A stretch of DNA of 64,000 nt from Coraliomargarita sp. (GCA_965216325.1 OZ244160.1:1312001-1376000), one strand, 5' to 3'; numbered from the stretch's first letter, positions 1 to 9,290 are shown. The notes: generated by a model from the sequence alone, not told the origin. Translations and numbers: made by a program.

Positions 1-2
1 TC

Positions 3-167
3 TTCGACTTCTGTGAACTCCCACAACCGGGTGCCGACAACAGCGCCTTCCATGAAAAGCTTTCGGGCGTCGGCGTGGTGCACCACACCAATCGCTATGG
101 AAACTTCCAAATTATCGAGGACGTCTGCCGCACAAAAATGCAACGCTTCAGCTACCTAAACCAATAA
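3..167 (+). CDS. 3' end of a CDS entering from the left edge, product unknown
   Basis: Open frame FDFCELPQPG...MQRFSYLNQ* ends in TAA at 165-167, 3 nt before the SDR start. Confidence 0.55.
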   Translation, partial: FDFCELPQPGADNSAFHEKLSGVGVVHHTNRYGNFQIIEDVCRTKMQRFSYLNQ

Positions 168-170
168 GAG

Positions 171-968
171 ATGCCTATGAATCGTAAACTCCCTGAGTTC
201 TCGACTCTGGTGATCACCGGAGGCTCCTCTGGCATCGGCCTAGGCATTTTGGAAACCTTTCTGCGTGAGTATCCCAGGGCTCAGGCAATTAGCCTGTCGC
301 GTAACGCACCGAAGTTGCAGAAAGATCAAGAACGCGTGCACCACATAACCGCCGACTTGGCGGATCCGCGCTCACGAACCGATGCGATTCAACAACTCCT
401 CGATCATCTCGAAGCTCACACCCACGGTCCAATACTATTGGTGAATAACAGTGGCATCGGAACCCACGAACCCGTCCAAACGAGCGACCGGAAAATACAG
501 CTCAAAACGATCGACCTCAACATCTCGGGCACCGTGCACCTGAGCACCACGCTGCTGCCCACACTTCTGGAACGGGGCGGATGGCTCACCACCACCTGCT
601 CCACCAGCGCCTTTCAGCCCATCCCGGAAATGACCACCTACGGCGCGACCAAGTGCTTCTTACTCCACTGGACACTCGCACTGGGCAACGAACTGCGCGG
701 CAGCAAGGTGCGCACACTGGCGCTCTGCCCCGGACTCACCGAAACCCCGTTCATCCCACAAGCTGGCTTTGAAAAGCCCGTGCGCGCTCCCTGGGGAGTG
801 CAAACGGTGAATGAGGTAGTGCAGAGCTTTTACCACGGCCTCAGTCACGGCCGATCGATGGTCATCTCCGGACGACGCAACTGGGTGGTCGCACAGATTT
901 CATCCATTGCGCCACTTTGGCTCTCCACTCGCGTTGCCGGTTGGCTCATGCGCTACGCCAAGGCCTAG
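171..968 (+). CDS. Short-chain dehydrogenase/reductase (SDR) oxidoreductase
   Basis: TGGSSGIG Rossmann motif, NNSG, catalytic YGATK (YxxxK). Confidence 0.93.
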   Translation: MPMNRKLPEFSTLVITGGSSGIGLGILETFLREYPRAQAISLSRNAPKLQKDQERVHHITADLADPRSRTDAIQQLLDHLEAHTHGPILLVNNSGIGTHEPVQTSDRKIQLKTIDLNISGTVHLSTTLLPTLLERGGWLTTTCSTSAFQPIPEMTTYGATKCFLLHWTLALGNELRGSKVRTLALCPGLTETPFIPQAGFEKPVRAPWGVQTVNEVVQSFYHGLSHGRSMVISGRRNWVVAQISSIAPLWLSTRVAGWLMRYAKA

Positions 969-1060
969 AAAGCCGACAATCTGTCTCGACCTGCTCACAT
1001 TTTTTTTAAATATTCAACAGCATACCAAGCACCCTTAAGCGAATCCTTACCTAACCTGCC

Positions 1061-3529
1061 ATGAAATATACAGCTGCCAGCACTGGCCTGCTCGCGATTG
1101 CAAGTATCGCCTCATCGATCGCACACGCCGAAGACCCACTCCTTAGCTATAAGGCCGAAATCATCGCCAAAGCACAACCGGATGAGTGCTTTTACGACCT
1201 CTATGACCCCGAAGTCCAAGGCAGCGGCGAGAACATTTACGAAAAGAGCGGAATCGATTGTGAGGACTGCATCAACGGCGGCGGACAACCTAAGATCAAT
1301 CAGGCCTATGTCTGGGGCATGACCCGCAAGGACAACTATCTGTGGTATGGCACGGGGCCCAATGTCAACCGACTCGTGAGCGGCGTATATTATGGCGCTG
1401 AAGATGGAAGCGTTGTAAACAGCCGTGGAATCAATTTCAGTGTGGCCGAATACGCTGACAGCAAGTTCGTGCGAGATGGTGTTTTCGATGTCGAGCAACA
1501 AGTCGGCATCAACGGCGACCTCGGCTACAGTGCCAATCCCGGCGTTGGTGACTGGCGTCCACCAGACGCCTACCGTTTCAACCTCGATACCGAGACGCAG
1601 GAAAACCTGTATGACAACATGGACAAGAGCGAGAAAGAGTGGTTATGGAAAACGCTCGGCCTTCGCTCAGCCGGATACAGCGCCCCGAATACGACGCATA
1701 CCAGCGGATTGGTTTTTCTCGCAGGCCCCAGCATCACTGCCACCGATGACAATGGAGACGGCGTCATCATGTTCGCCTTCGATGCCAACACCGCTGACTG
1801 CGTCGGCGCGCAAAGCTTCCCGACTTACACCAACATCCGCAAATGGAAGCATTATAACGGTCAACTTTACACCGCGATCGCAACCGATAATGGAACTGGC
1901 CAAGTGCTCCGCTGGGTCAATGATCCGAACGACGCGGCATATCCCTTTGAGTTCGAAATCATTGGCAATCTAAATGCAGGCGGTGCTGAACTCGAGGTGC
2001 ACGATGACGGAACAGGTCCACGCCTTTTTGTGAACACTTGGCCAGGAATTGAAGGCAACTTAGACATCGGTGGCGATGTGACTACGATTCAAAACCTAAT
2101 CAACGCACCTGCTGGGCTATGGCGTAGTCCGGTTACCATCGATTCCTTGAATACAAGCCATGCCAACAGCTGGCAACTGGTCTGGAGTGTCGCTGACTAC
2201 GAACCCGACCTAGTTATTGGCTTACACTACGGTGGTGGCGCAATGGCTTCATTCGATGGACACCTCTACTGGGGAACCATGCACGTGCCCGGCACCGCAA
2301 GTTTAGCACATACGATTGGCTATGGCCCAACGCCTGCACCATTGCCACGCCCCGATCCGTATCCCGAGGATCCGAATGATCCTGAGCGCCTAGCTTACGA
2401 AGCTGACGTTCAACGCTGGCGTGCCGAACGTTACGAAGACTTTGTAAACTCCTACCGCGCGATTTCCATCTGGCGCGGCACGAATTTTACCAACAGCGGC
2501 GGTGATATAGACCTACTTTACGGAAACGAAAGCATGCCAGTGCGAATGGAGCGCAGTGTGTTCATGGAAAACAATGACCCACGCGGCACATTCAACAATC
2601 TCTACGGCACTTTCTTTGCCGACAATGTTGGGAATTTACGCAATGTAGCGGACAACACCGATTTCTTTGTCTGGATCTTAAAGGGCACAGTCGTCGACGG
2701 TGGCGACTGGGGCAACGAAGGCGACCCTAACACCGAAGACTCGACGCAACTCGTCCAGAACGTGAGCGGCTTCATTCCGCTCCATGGATCCGAAGGCATC
2801 AGCGAAGCCACTAATAACTATACGTGGACTATGCAGGTTTTCAACGGTAAGCTCTATATCGGAACCATGGATTGGGGCGACCTCAGCAGCCCGGATGACT
2901 TCCCTGGATCTACAGACGGCGCCGACCTTTACTGCATTGCAGCGGCAAACGAGCCTGCTGTAGCAATCACCAAGCACGGTATGGCCAATTGGTCCAGCTA
3001 TGGTGTCCGCACAATTGCAGCAGACGACGACCGCGGCGAACTCTACCTCGGCATGGCGAACGTGCACAATTTGCTCAGCACCAAAGTTGGTGACCCGGAA
3101 GATGGCGGCTGGGAAATTCAGCGAGTCACGCAACGCTTCACGGATGAGGATTTCGATGAACTCGATGACGAATGGGAAGCACTCCACTTCGGCAACACTG
3201 CGTCTGCAACCAGCACCAGTAGCAATACCGACGGCGACCCACTCACCGATGTTGAAGAATGGCTGGCTGGCACCGACCCGAACGACCCCAAGAGCTTCTT
3301 CTTTAAAGTTCTCGAAGAGGGCACGTCCGAAGGGATGCAGCAGATCGAATGGCCATCCATCCCGAATCGCTACTACACCGTCTGCGAGACTGACGACCTA
3401 AACGGCACCTGGAGTCCGGTCGCGACTTTCGAGGGCGATCCTGACAGCGATCCACTGACCTACGAATTTGATCCATCCCTGACGGATGCTAAATTCTTCA
3501 AAGTGATCATCACACCCGATGCGCCTTAG
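1061..3529 (+). CDS. Large secreted acidic protein, probable beta-propeller, with C-terminal Asp-rich Ca-binding-like repeat and terminal beta domain
   Basis: Signal peptide (..SIAHA), repeated LY(W/I)GT blade-like motifs, C-terminal NTDGDPLTDVEEWLAGTDPNDP and ..FFKV tail resembling verrucomicrobial surface proteins. Confidence 0.7.
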   Translation: MKYTAASTGLLAIASIASSIAHAEDPLLSYKAEIIAKAQPDECFYDLYDPEVQGSGENIYEKSGIDCEDCINGGGQPKINQAYVWGMTRKDNYLWYGTGPNVNRLVSGVYYGAEDGSVVNSRGINFSVAEYADSKFVRDGVFDVEQQVGINGDLGYSANPGVGDWRPPDAYRFNLDTETQENLYDNMDKSEKEWLWKTLGLRSAGYSAPNTTHTSGLVFLAGPSITATDDNGDGVIMFAFDANTADCVGAQSFPTYTNIRKWKHYNGQLYTAIATDNGTGQVLRWVNDPNDAAYPFEFEIIGNLNAGGAELEVHDDGTGPRLFVNTWPGIEGNLDIGGDVTTIQNLINAPAGLWRSPVTIDSLNTSHANSWQLVWSVADYEPDLVIGLHYGGGAMASFDGHLYWGTMHVPGTASLAHTIGYGPTPAPLPRPDPYPEDPNDPERLAYEADVQRWRAERYEDFVNSYRAISIWRGTNFTNSGGDIDLLYGNESMPVRMERSVFMENNDPRGTFNNLYGTFFADNVGNLRNVADNTDFFVWILKGTVVDGGDWGNEGDPNTEDSTQLVQNVSGFIPLHGSEGISEATNNYTWTMQVFNGKLYIGTMDWGDLSSPDDFPGSTDGADLYCIAAANEPAVAITKHGMANWSSYGVRTIAADDDRGELYLGMANVHNLLSTKVGDPEDGGWEIQRVTQRFTDEDFDELDDEWEALHFGNTASATSTSSNTDGDPLTDVEEWLAGTDPNDPKSFFFKVLEEGTSEGMQQIEWPSIPNRYYTVCETDDLNGTWSPVATFEGDPDSDPLTYEFDPSLTDAKFFKVIITPDAP

Positions 3530-3545
3530 TGCTTCGCGCTAATCA

Positions 3546-4232
3546 ATGGCACTGATCGAACTTAGAGATGTCTCCCGGTCCTATCTACTCGGCGAAACCC
3601 GAGTGGAGGCCCTCAAGTCGATCAACCTGAACATTGACTCTGGCGAATTTACCGCTCTCTGGGGGCCATCCGGATCCGGAAAGTCATCGCTCTGCCACTT
3701 AATCGGCGCGATTGACCGACCGGACTCGGGAACCGTTTCCATCAACGGCAAAGACCTCAAGACTTTATCTGATGATGCTCTTTCATCCCACCGTAATCGC
3801 TCAGTGGGATTCATTTTTCAGAGCTTCAATTTGGTCAACGTGCTATCCGCACTAGAGAATGTGTTGCTTCCCCTGCAGCTACGTGGCTCTTTTGGGAAAC
3901 GTGACAGCGAGCAGGCCCGCGAACTACTCACCGAGCTAGGACTGGGAAAACATCTCACACACCGCCCAGATAAGCTTTCCGGTGGCCAGCGCCAACGCGT
4001 CGCCATTGCACGAGCACTAATCACCGAAGCACCCATCATCGTTGCCGACGAGCCCACGGCCAATCTTGACTCAGTCAACGCGGAGCAAATCCTTGAAAGC
4101 ATGCGTGGGTTCAATCGCGACCGGGGCACCACCTTCGTCTTTGCGACTCACGACCCGCGACTTCTGGAACAAGCCAACCGTAGAATACAACTCTGCGACG
4201 GCACCATCGAAGAGGACCTCAGCCGAGCATGA
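3546..4232 (+). CDS. ABC transporter ATP-binding protein (LolD/MacB-like)
   Basis: Walker A GPSGSGKS, signature LSGGQRQRVAIARAL, DEPT, H-loop. Confidence 0.95.
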   Translation: MALIELRDVSRSYLLGETRVEALKSINLNIDSGEFTALWGPSGSGKSSLCHLIGAIDRPDSGTVSINGKDLKTLSDDALSSHRNRSVGFIFQSFNLVNVLSALENVLLPLQLRGSFGKRDSEQARELLTELGLGKHLTHRPDKLSGGQRQRVAIARALITEAPIIVADEPTANLDSVNAEQILESMRGFNRDRGTTFVFATHDPRLLEQANRRIQLCDGTIEEDLSRA

Positions 4233-5479
4233 AGATGTGGTTCACTCTAGGCCTGCGAAGCCTGTTAAAGAATCGGCGCCGCTCTTGCTTTACTATCGGA
4301 GCGGTCGCCTTCGGCTTTGCTGCGGTGAACGTGATCGGCGGCTTTATGAACTACGTCTTCCGTGGACTGGAGGAATCGTATGTCTACGCTTTTGGCAATG
4401 CACACCTAACCATCTTCAAGCAAGGCTTCCAAACCGAAGGAAAACTGGAGCCCTCCAATTACCTAATCGACGAAACCAGTCTGCATGCTATCCTCGCAGA
4501 GTGTCAGCAGATTGACGAAGTCTTACTCGCGACTCCTCAAGTTCAAGTCACTGGCCTACTGAGTAATGGCGATGTCTCAACGATCATGGTGGCTCAGGGC
4601 ATCGTGCCCGACGACGCAAAGTTCATCCGGGAGCAGGCTTCGGGTTTTATGAGGAACCTCGAAATGTTTACTGGCGAGGAACTCAGGAACGCCGAAGAAG
4701 CATATATCAGCGTCGCATACGGTTTGGCAGAGAAACTGCACCTGAACCAGGACTCCGATGTCATCACGGTCGCAACCACTGTTGAAGGCTATATGAATGC
4801 GATGGACGCCACCGTCGTGCAGCTTCAAGACGCACCGCTTGAAATCCTAGATGAGATGCTCGTCACCGTGCCCTTCAGCTTTGCACAAGAACTCTATGGA
4901 ACTCAAGGTGCGGATCGCATCTTAATTCTACTGAAGAAAGGACAAGGTCTGGAGGCCATGCGCTCGCGCCTAGAACGTCAGCTACAAGCATCTGGATATG
5001 AGGTCGAAGTCGTCAGCTGGAAGGATTTGCGCGTCTCCTACCGTCGCATCAAAAGCATGTTCAACGTGCTCTTCGCCTTCGTGTTCTCAGTGGTCGCTTT
5101 AATTGTCGCTCTCAGTATTATCAACACGATCAGTATGGCAGTTATGGAGCGCACTCGCGAGATCGGGACCCTTCGCGCACTCGGCCTCAAGCAGCAGGGT
5201 GTCATACTGTTGTTCAGTATTGAAAGTATGCTGCTTGGAACGATTGGAACCCTGATTGGTCTAGGTATACATACAGGCACGCTACTACTCGTTCAAGCGA
5301 TCCACCCCACGTGGATACCACCGAATATTCCAAAACGTGTGCCATGGGAAATCGCCTGGGCACCCAACTTTCTCATTGTCACCGCAATCTGCATGGTGCT
5401 CCTATCTATCTTCGCAGCCGTTATTCCATCACGCAAAGCGAGCCAGATGGAAATTATCGACGCTCTCGGCCACGTATAG
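4229..5479 (+). CDS. ABC transporter permease (FtsX/LolE/MacB-like)
   Basis: N-terminal TM, large periplasmic domain, ERTREIGTLRALG motif, three C-terminal TMs; ATGA overlap with the ATPase. Confidence 0.92.
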   Translation: MKMWFTLGLRSLLKNRRRSCFTIGAVAFGFAAVNVIGGFMNYVFRGLEESYVYAFGNAHLTIFKQGFQTEGKLEPSNYLIDETSLHAILAECQQIDEVLLATPQVQVTGLLSNGDVSTIMVAQGIVPDDAKFIREQASGFMRNLEMFTGEELRNAEEAYISVAYGLAEKLHLNQDSDVITVATTVEGYMNAMDATVVQLQDAPLEILDEMLVTVPFSFAQELYGTQGADRILILLKKGQGLEAMRSRLERQLQASGYEVEVVSWKDLRVSYRRIKSMFNVLFAFVFSVVALIVALSIINTISMAVMERTREIGTLRALGLKQQGVILLFSIESMLLGTIGTLIGLGIHTGTLLLVQAIHPTWIPPNIPKRVPWEIAWAPNFLIVTAICMVLLSIFAAVIPSRKASQMEIIDALGHV

Positions 5480-5497
5480 CCAGCACACAGAATCACT

Positions 5498-6244
5498 ATG
5501 AGACACCGCTTGAAAATCTGCTTCCTACTTTGCGCTGCACTCTTCAGTCAGGTCGCGAGCGCGAGCACACTCAGCCACACCGAGATTCTGGCCAAATGCG
5601 ATGCTGCCCGCGGAAATATGGAAGGCGTCGAGTGGGAAGTGAGCGTCAAAGAAGAATCCGTGGGCAAAAGTGACGAGCGCCGCATTCATGTTCAGGCAAA
5701 AGGCTTCGATATGGTCGCTGAGACCTTGGCACCACCGCGCCAGAAGCAGCACAAGTTGCTGCTCGTGAAAAATAATATGTGGTTCTATAAGCCCGGACTC
5801 AGCAAACCGGTCCCCGTTTCCCTGCGCCAAAAACTAACTGGCCAAGCTGCCAACGGAGATATTGCGTCGACCAACTACGCGAAGGACTACGAGATATTGA
5901 GCACCTCAGCGGCTGAGCACAACGGAGAAGCCTGCACTCTCTATGAGCTGAAAGCGACTAGTAAATCGGTCAGCTATGCACGCATCCACTACTGGGTCTC
6001 CAAGGAACGGCATGTTGGCCTACGCGCAGACTACTACAATGCATCCGGTAGCAAGCGCCTGAAGACTGCAACCATGCGTTACGAGAATGAAGTCGAGCTT
6101 GAGGGCCAACACCGCCCATTCATTTCCGAAATGGAGATTGCCGACACGGCAACCTCCGACACCGTCACACGCTTAAGCTTTTCCAAGCCAAAGCTCGGCA
6201 AGATCTCACCGCGGGCATTCAACCTGCAAGCGCTGACGCGTTAA
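5498..6244 (+). CDS. Outer-membrane lipoprotein-sorting protein (LolA-like family)
   Basis: Signal peptide, MWFYKPG..PVPVSLRQKLTGQAANGDIASTNY pattern, position in a LolCDE-like operon. Confidence 0.8.
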   Translation: MRHRLKICFLLCAALFSQVASASTLSHTEILAKCDAARGNMEGVEWEVSVKEESVGKSDERRIHVQAKGFDMVAETLAPPRQKQHKLLLVKNNMWFYKPGLSKPVPVSLRQKLTGQAANGDIASTNYAKDYEILSTSAAEHNGEACTLYELKATSKSVSYARIHYWVSKERHVGLRADYYNASGSKRLKTATMRYENEVELEGQHRPFISEMEIADTATSDTVTRLSFSKPKLGKISPRAFNLQALTR

Positions 6245-6270
6245 CAAACAACCAGACTGCAACCGACTAC

Positions 6271-7482
6271 ATGAAGCGACTTAGCCTACTGGCACTAATC
6301 GCCGCACATACAAGCGCATATAGCAACAATGCCCTACTAGACTGGTGGGATGAGCATGGCGACTTCACCATTCGCAACTTAAGCTCAGCATTCGCTCAGC
6401 AGCCAGCCGAAATCCCGCTCTATGAAGGCTTGGGATTTTTACTGGGCACCGAGAGTGACAACATCCTGAACCTTCCCGGCTACAGTCTCGTCAACGAATT
6501 TCGCCCCGAAGCCAGCATCAGCTACGAGCACGCCTTCTTGGAAGTGAAACCGCGCTTCGTCGCGCGCCGTGACTATTTTCGCGAAGGTGAATTCGATGGC
6601 AGCGAAGCCAGCGACGACGAATTCTATATCTATGAATGGGTCGCACAATTCTTCCTCACACCGGAGCTATCGATTTCTTATGGTCGTGAAGACCTGCAAT
6701 GGGGGCCCTCGTTCTTACTCTCACCCTCGAACCCCTTCGATAGTGACAACGGCCGTTCAGAACCGAAAGCCGAAGTGGATAGCGCTGATTACGCGAAAGT
6801 CATCTGGACACCAAACTTTAATTGGACGGTCTCAGCTATCGTCAATACCGATGACGGCCGTAAAGACTATCGTATCGATGACCGGCTCCGCCAAGACTTC
6901 CGCGACATCTATGCGCTCAAAGTCGACTACCTCTTTGAACGCGGCAACGCAGCGGTCATTGCCTCGACGACTGACAGCGCGGAAGACATAGATGAGCGAC
7001 TCGGTTATTACATCAGCTACAACCTTACGGATGCATGGATCGGCTACAGTGAAGGCAGCCTATCAAGCGAAGACGAAGAGCTCCTTCTTGGAGCCAGCTA
7101 CACCTTCCAGAGCGGCCTGAGCGTTGCTGCGGAATATTTCTACAATTCCAGTGGAATCGATGATGATATACCCGAAACTGTTTTTGGACTGATCGATCTG
7201 GGCGATTACCTCACCTCCTTGCCAAATCGCGAAACGTTCTTCCGTGAGCATTACGCGCTGCTGCAGATCTACCAAAACGACGTGTATCGAAGCTTAGATC
7301 TGCTCCTGCGTTATACGCACAATATTGACGACAAATCGAACAGCTTGCTCGGCCATGCCGAATACGACCTAAACGATTACGTTCAATTATTCACCTCTGC
7401 GACTCTGAATAGCAACGGAGGAGGTGAACTCGATAGCCTGAGAGAATACTGGGTGCAGATCGGCGTTGAATTCAGCTACTAG
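6271..7482 (+). CDS. Probable outer-membrane beta-barrel protein
   Basis: Signal peptide, alternating aromatic beta strands, GREDLQWG motif, C-terminal VQIGVEFSY beta signal. Confidence 0.7.
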   Translation: MKRLSLLALIAAHTSAYSNNALLDWWDEHGDFTIRNLSSAFAQQPAEIPLYEGLGFLLGTESDNILNLPGYSLVNEFRPEASISYEHAFLEVKPRFVARRDYFREGEFDGSEASDDEFYIYEWVAQFFLTPELSISYGREDLQWGPSFLLSPSNPFDSDNGRSEPKAEVDSADYAKVIWTPNFNWTVSAIVNTDDGRKDYRIDDRLRQDFRDIYALKVDYLFERGNAAVIASTTDSAEDIDERLGYYISYNLTDAWIGYSEGSLSSEDEELLLGASYTFQSGLSVAAEYFYNSSGIDDDIPETVFGLIDLGDYLTSLPNRETFFREHYALLQIYQNDVYRSLDLLLRYTHNIDDKSNSLLGHAEYDLNDYVQLFTSATLNSNGGGELDSLREYWVQIGVEFSY

Positions 7483-7560
7483 GGCACGAATCACCAGCTG
7501 TCAAATTGTAGATGACATGGGCGTTTATCAGGAGCACGGAAGTGCTATGATGATAAACTT

Positions 7561-8649
7561 ATGCAAAACCCCACATCATCTACACGGACAACTAAGAACG
7601 CACTGGGCACAGTAATCAAGCTTGGCATTGACGTGCATGCGAGCACCTACGTGGTGGTCATGAAGATCGATAGCAGCGCCCCTTCACGCGCGAAGCGCAT
7701 GAAGCCTGATATCTTCCTTCGATGGATTAAGCAGCTGAGCACTCAGTGCGAGCAGTTGCAAAGTTGCTACGAGGCCGGTCCTTTTGGTTACAGCCTGCAC
7801 CGCAAGCTCAAGGCGATGGGCGTGAACAACCACGTAATCCGCCCGATCAACTGGGACACTCATGGTAAGAAGGTAAAGACCGACGCGCGTGATGCGTTGC
7901 AAATGGTCTTGAGTCTGGACGGCTATCTGCGGGGCAATGACCGCAGCTTCAGTGTCGTGCGTGTGCCCAGCGAGCAAGAAGAGCGTCACCGCAGCCTAAC
8001 CCGGCAGCGTGAAAGCTTCGTCAAAGAACGTGGCCGTGCGGCCAAGCGTGGTAAGAGTCTGGGACTGTATTACGATCAACCCTTACCCAGCGGCTGGTGG
8101 AAGCCGCGCAAATGGATGCAGCTACTCGAACAGCTCGACGATTTTTTGATCAGCCTGCTGGAGCCACTGCGGTTAAACTGCCTGCACTTTAGCGAGCTAA
8201 TCAGCAACATCGAAGAACGTATCGAAGCGCTCGAGCCGGAACGGGTGCTGCCTAAAGGCATGGGGGTGGTCCTCTATGAACAGATCGAACGTGAGGTCTG
8301 CAACTGGAAGCGATTCAACAACCGCAAGGCGGTCAGTTCCTTTACCGGACTGTGCCCAAGCGAAGACACTAGTGCAAATCGGCGTTTCCAGGGCTCGATC
8401 AACAAACACGGCAGTCCCCGCCTGCGGCATATGCTACAAGAGTGCGCCTGGTTATTGATCCGGTGGAATCCCGGCTACAGTGGGGTGCGTAAATGGCAGG
8501 CCAAGCTCAGCGACGAGACCACCAGTAAGGCGACCCGCAAGAAAATTGCCGTGGCCATCGCCCGGCAGTTCGCCGTGGACTGGTGGCGCATACGCACTGG
8601 CCAATGCAGTCTCGAAGACTTCGGACTGATAAGCAGACAAAACCCATAA
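7561..8649 (+). CDS. IS110-family DEDD recombinase/transposase
   Basis: GIDVH, CYEAG, KTDARDA RuvC-like DEDD residues; C-terminal GLCPSEDTSA serine loop and INKHGSPRLR. Confidence 0.95.
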   Translation: MQNPTSSTRTTKNALGTVIKLGIDVHASTYVVVMKIDSSAPSRAKRMKPDIFLRWIKQLSTQCEQLQSCYEAGPFGYSLHRKLKAMGVNNHVIRPINWDTHGKKVKTDARDALQMVLSLDGYLRGNDRSFSVVRVPSEQEERHRSLTRQRESFVKERGRAAKRGKSLGLYYDQPLPSGWWKPRKWMQLLEQLDDFLISLLEPLRLNCLHFSELISNIEERIEALEPERVLPKGMGVVLYEQIEREVCNWKRFNNRKAVSSFTGLCPSEDTSANRRFQGSINKHGSPRLRHMLQECAWLLIRWNPGYSGVRKWQAKLSDETTSKATRKKIAVAIARQFAVDWWRIRTGQCSLEDFGLISRQNP

Positions 8650-8713
8650 GTCCGAACCAACGCTAAAGGCCTTCACCCTCTGATTTTAACGTTCTTTTGC
8701 AGTTTTCCTTTGT

Positions 8714-8860
8714 GCGGAGTGAGTCTGACCAAGCCCCTGTTGCCAACACAACGATTTTGTAGAATAGGCCACTTCGCCACCAAGCTTTTGAATGACCCAA
8801 TGGATAGGTCATAGTGTGCTCTTCTGAGAAACACTCAGAAACACGGATAGCAGGTTATCC
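8714..8860 (+). ncRNA. Predicted bridge/seek RNA core with target-binding and donor-binding loops; true transcript ends unknown, may span about 8650-8900
   Basis: Stem 8714-8726/8766-8777 encloses AAGCCCCT and TTGTAG (target matches); stem 8802-8807/8855-8860 encloses GTCAT and ATAGCAG (donor matches). Confidence 0.8.
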
Positions 8861-8985
8861 CGGATCATCGAAACTCCGAGGCCATGCGCGGTGGACGCTC
8901 AAAGACGATTGCAATCAAAACAAACCACTTATCTTATGTAAAAACACTCACACGCTTCTACACTCTTGACAGAAACGAACATAGC

Positions 8986-9227
8986 AGGGGCTTTTCAAGC
9001 GAAGCCCGCAAGACGCTAATTGGCCACGAATACCACTTTGGTAAAGGTTCGACCTGGATTCGGGCTTTAGGGACGACAGTCTCTAGCGGTCCGAGAAAAT
9101 AACTACGTTCGGACGCTTGTGGGTATGTGCCCCTACCAAAACCGCCAAACCTTCTTCAAAACAGAAAACGGACTAAACTCCACCATTCAGCCTGAGCTTC
9201 TGATCGAAGGCAAACGAAGCCCCTACG
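8986..9227. repeat. Inverted pair of GTAG-type REP-like palindromes; the left copy is interrupted by the IS110 element
   Basis: (GT)AGGGGCTT-TTCAAGCG-AAGCCCGC at 8986-9009 and, inverted, CGAAGCCCCTACG ending at 9227. Confidence 0.7.
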
Positions 9228-9290
9228 CCTGCAACTCAAACGCTAACTGAGAGGCTTTCAAACAGACAAAGATCTCAATAAAGTTGAGAT

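Larger units (their letters stand above)
7512..8987 (+). mobile_element. IS110-family insertion sequence, IS1111-like layout (short left end, long right end)
   Basis: AG core at both junctions (7510-7511, 8986-8987); removing the element restores the REP TTGTAGGGGCTT..AAGCCC; imperfect subterminal IR ATGGGCGTTT (7517-7526)/AAACGAACAT (8973-8982); outward TTGACA at 8966-8971. Confidence 0.88.

Noticed and set aside
8865..8869. TCATC as an alternative right-donor guide
   Set aside because: It lies outside the GGATAG/TTATCC-closed loop; GTCAT at 8808-8812 fits the architecture shared with the target loop
7498..8972. Apparent terminal inverted repeat CTGTCAAATTGTAGA / TCTACACTCTTGACAG
   Set aside because: The left arm lies almost entirely outside the boundary defined by the AG cores, the restored REP and the guide matches, so it is treated as coincidental
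8884..9102. 72-aa ORF downstream of the transposase
   Set aside because: It crosses the IS right end into the REP flank and has no recognisable motif
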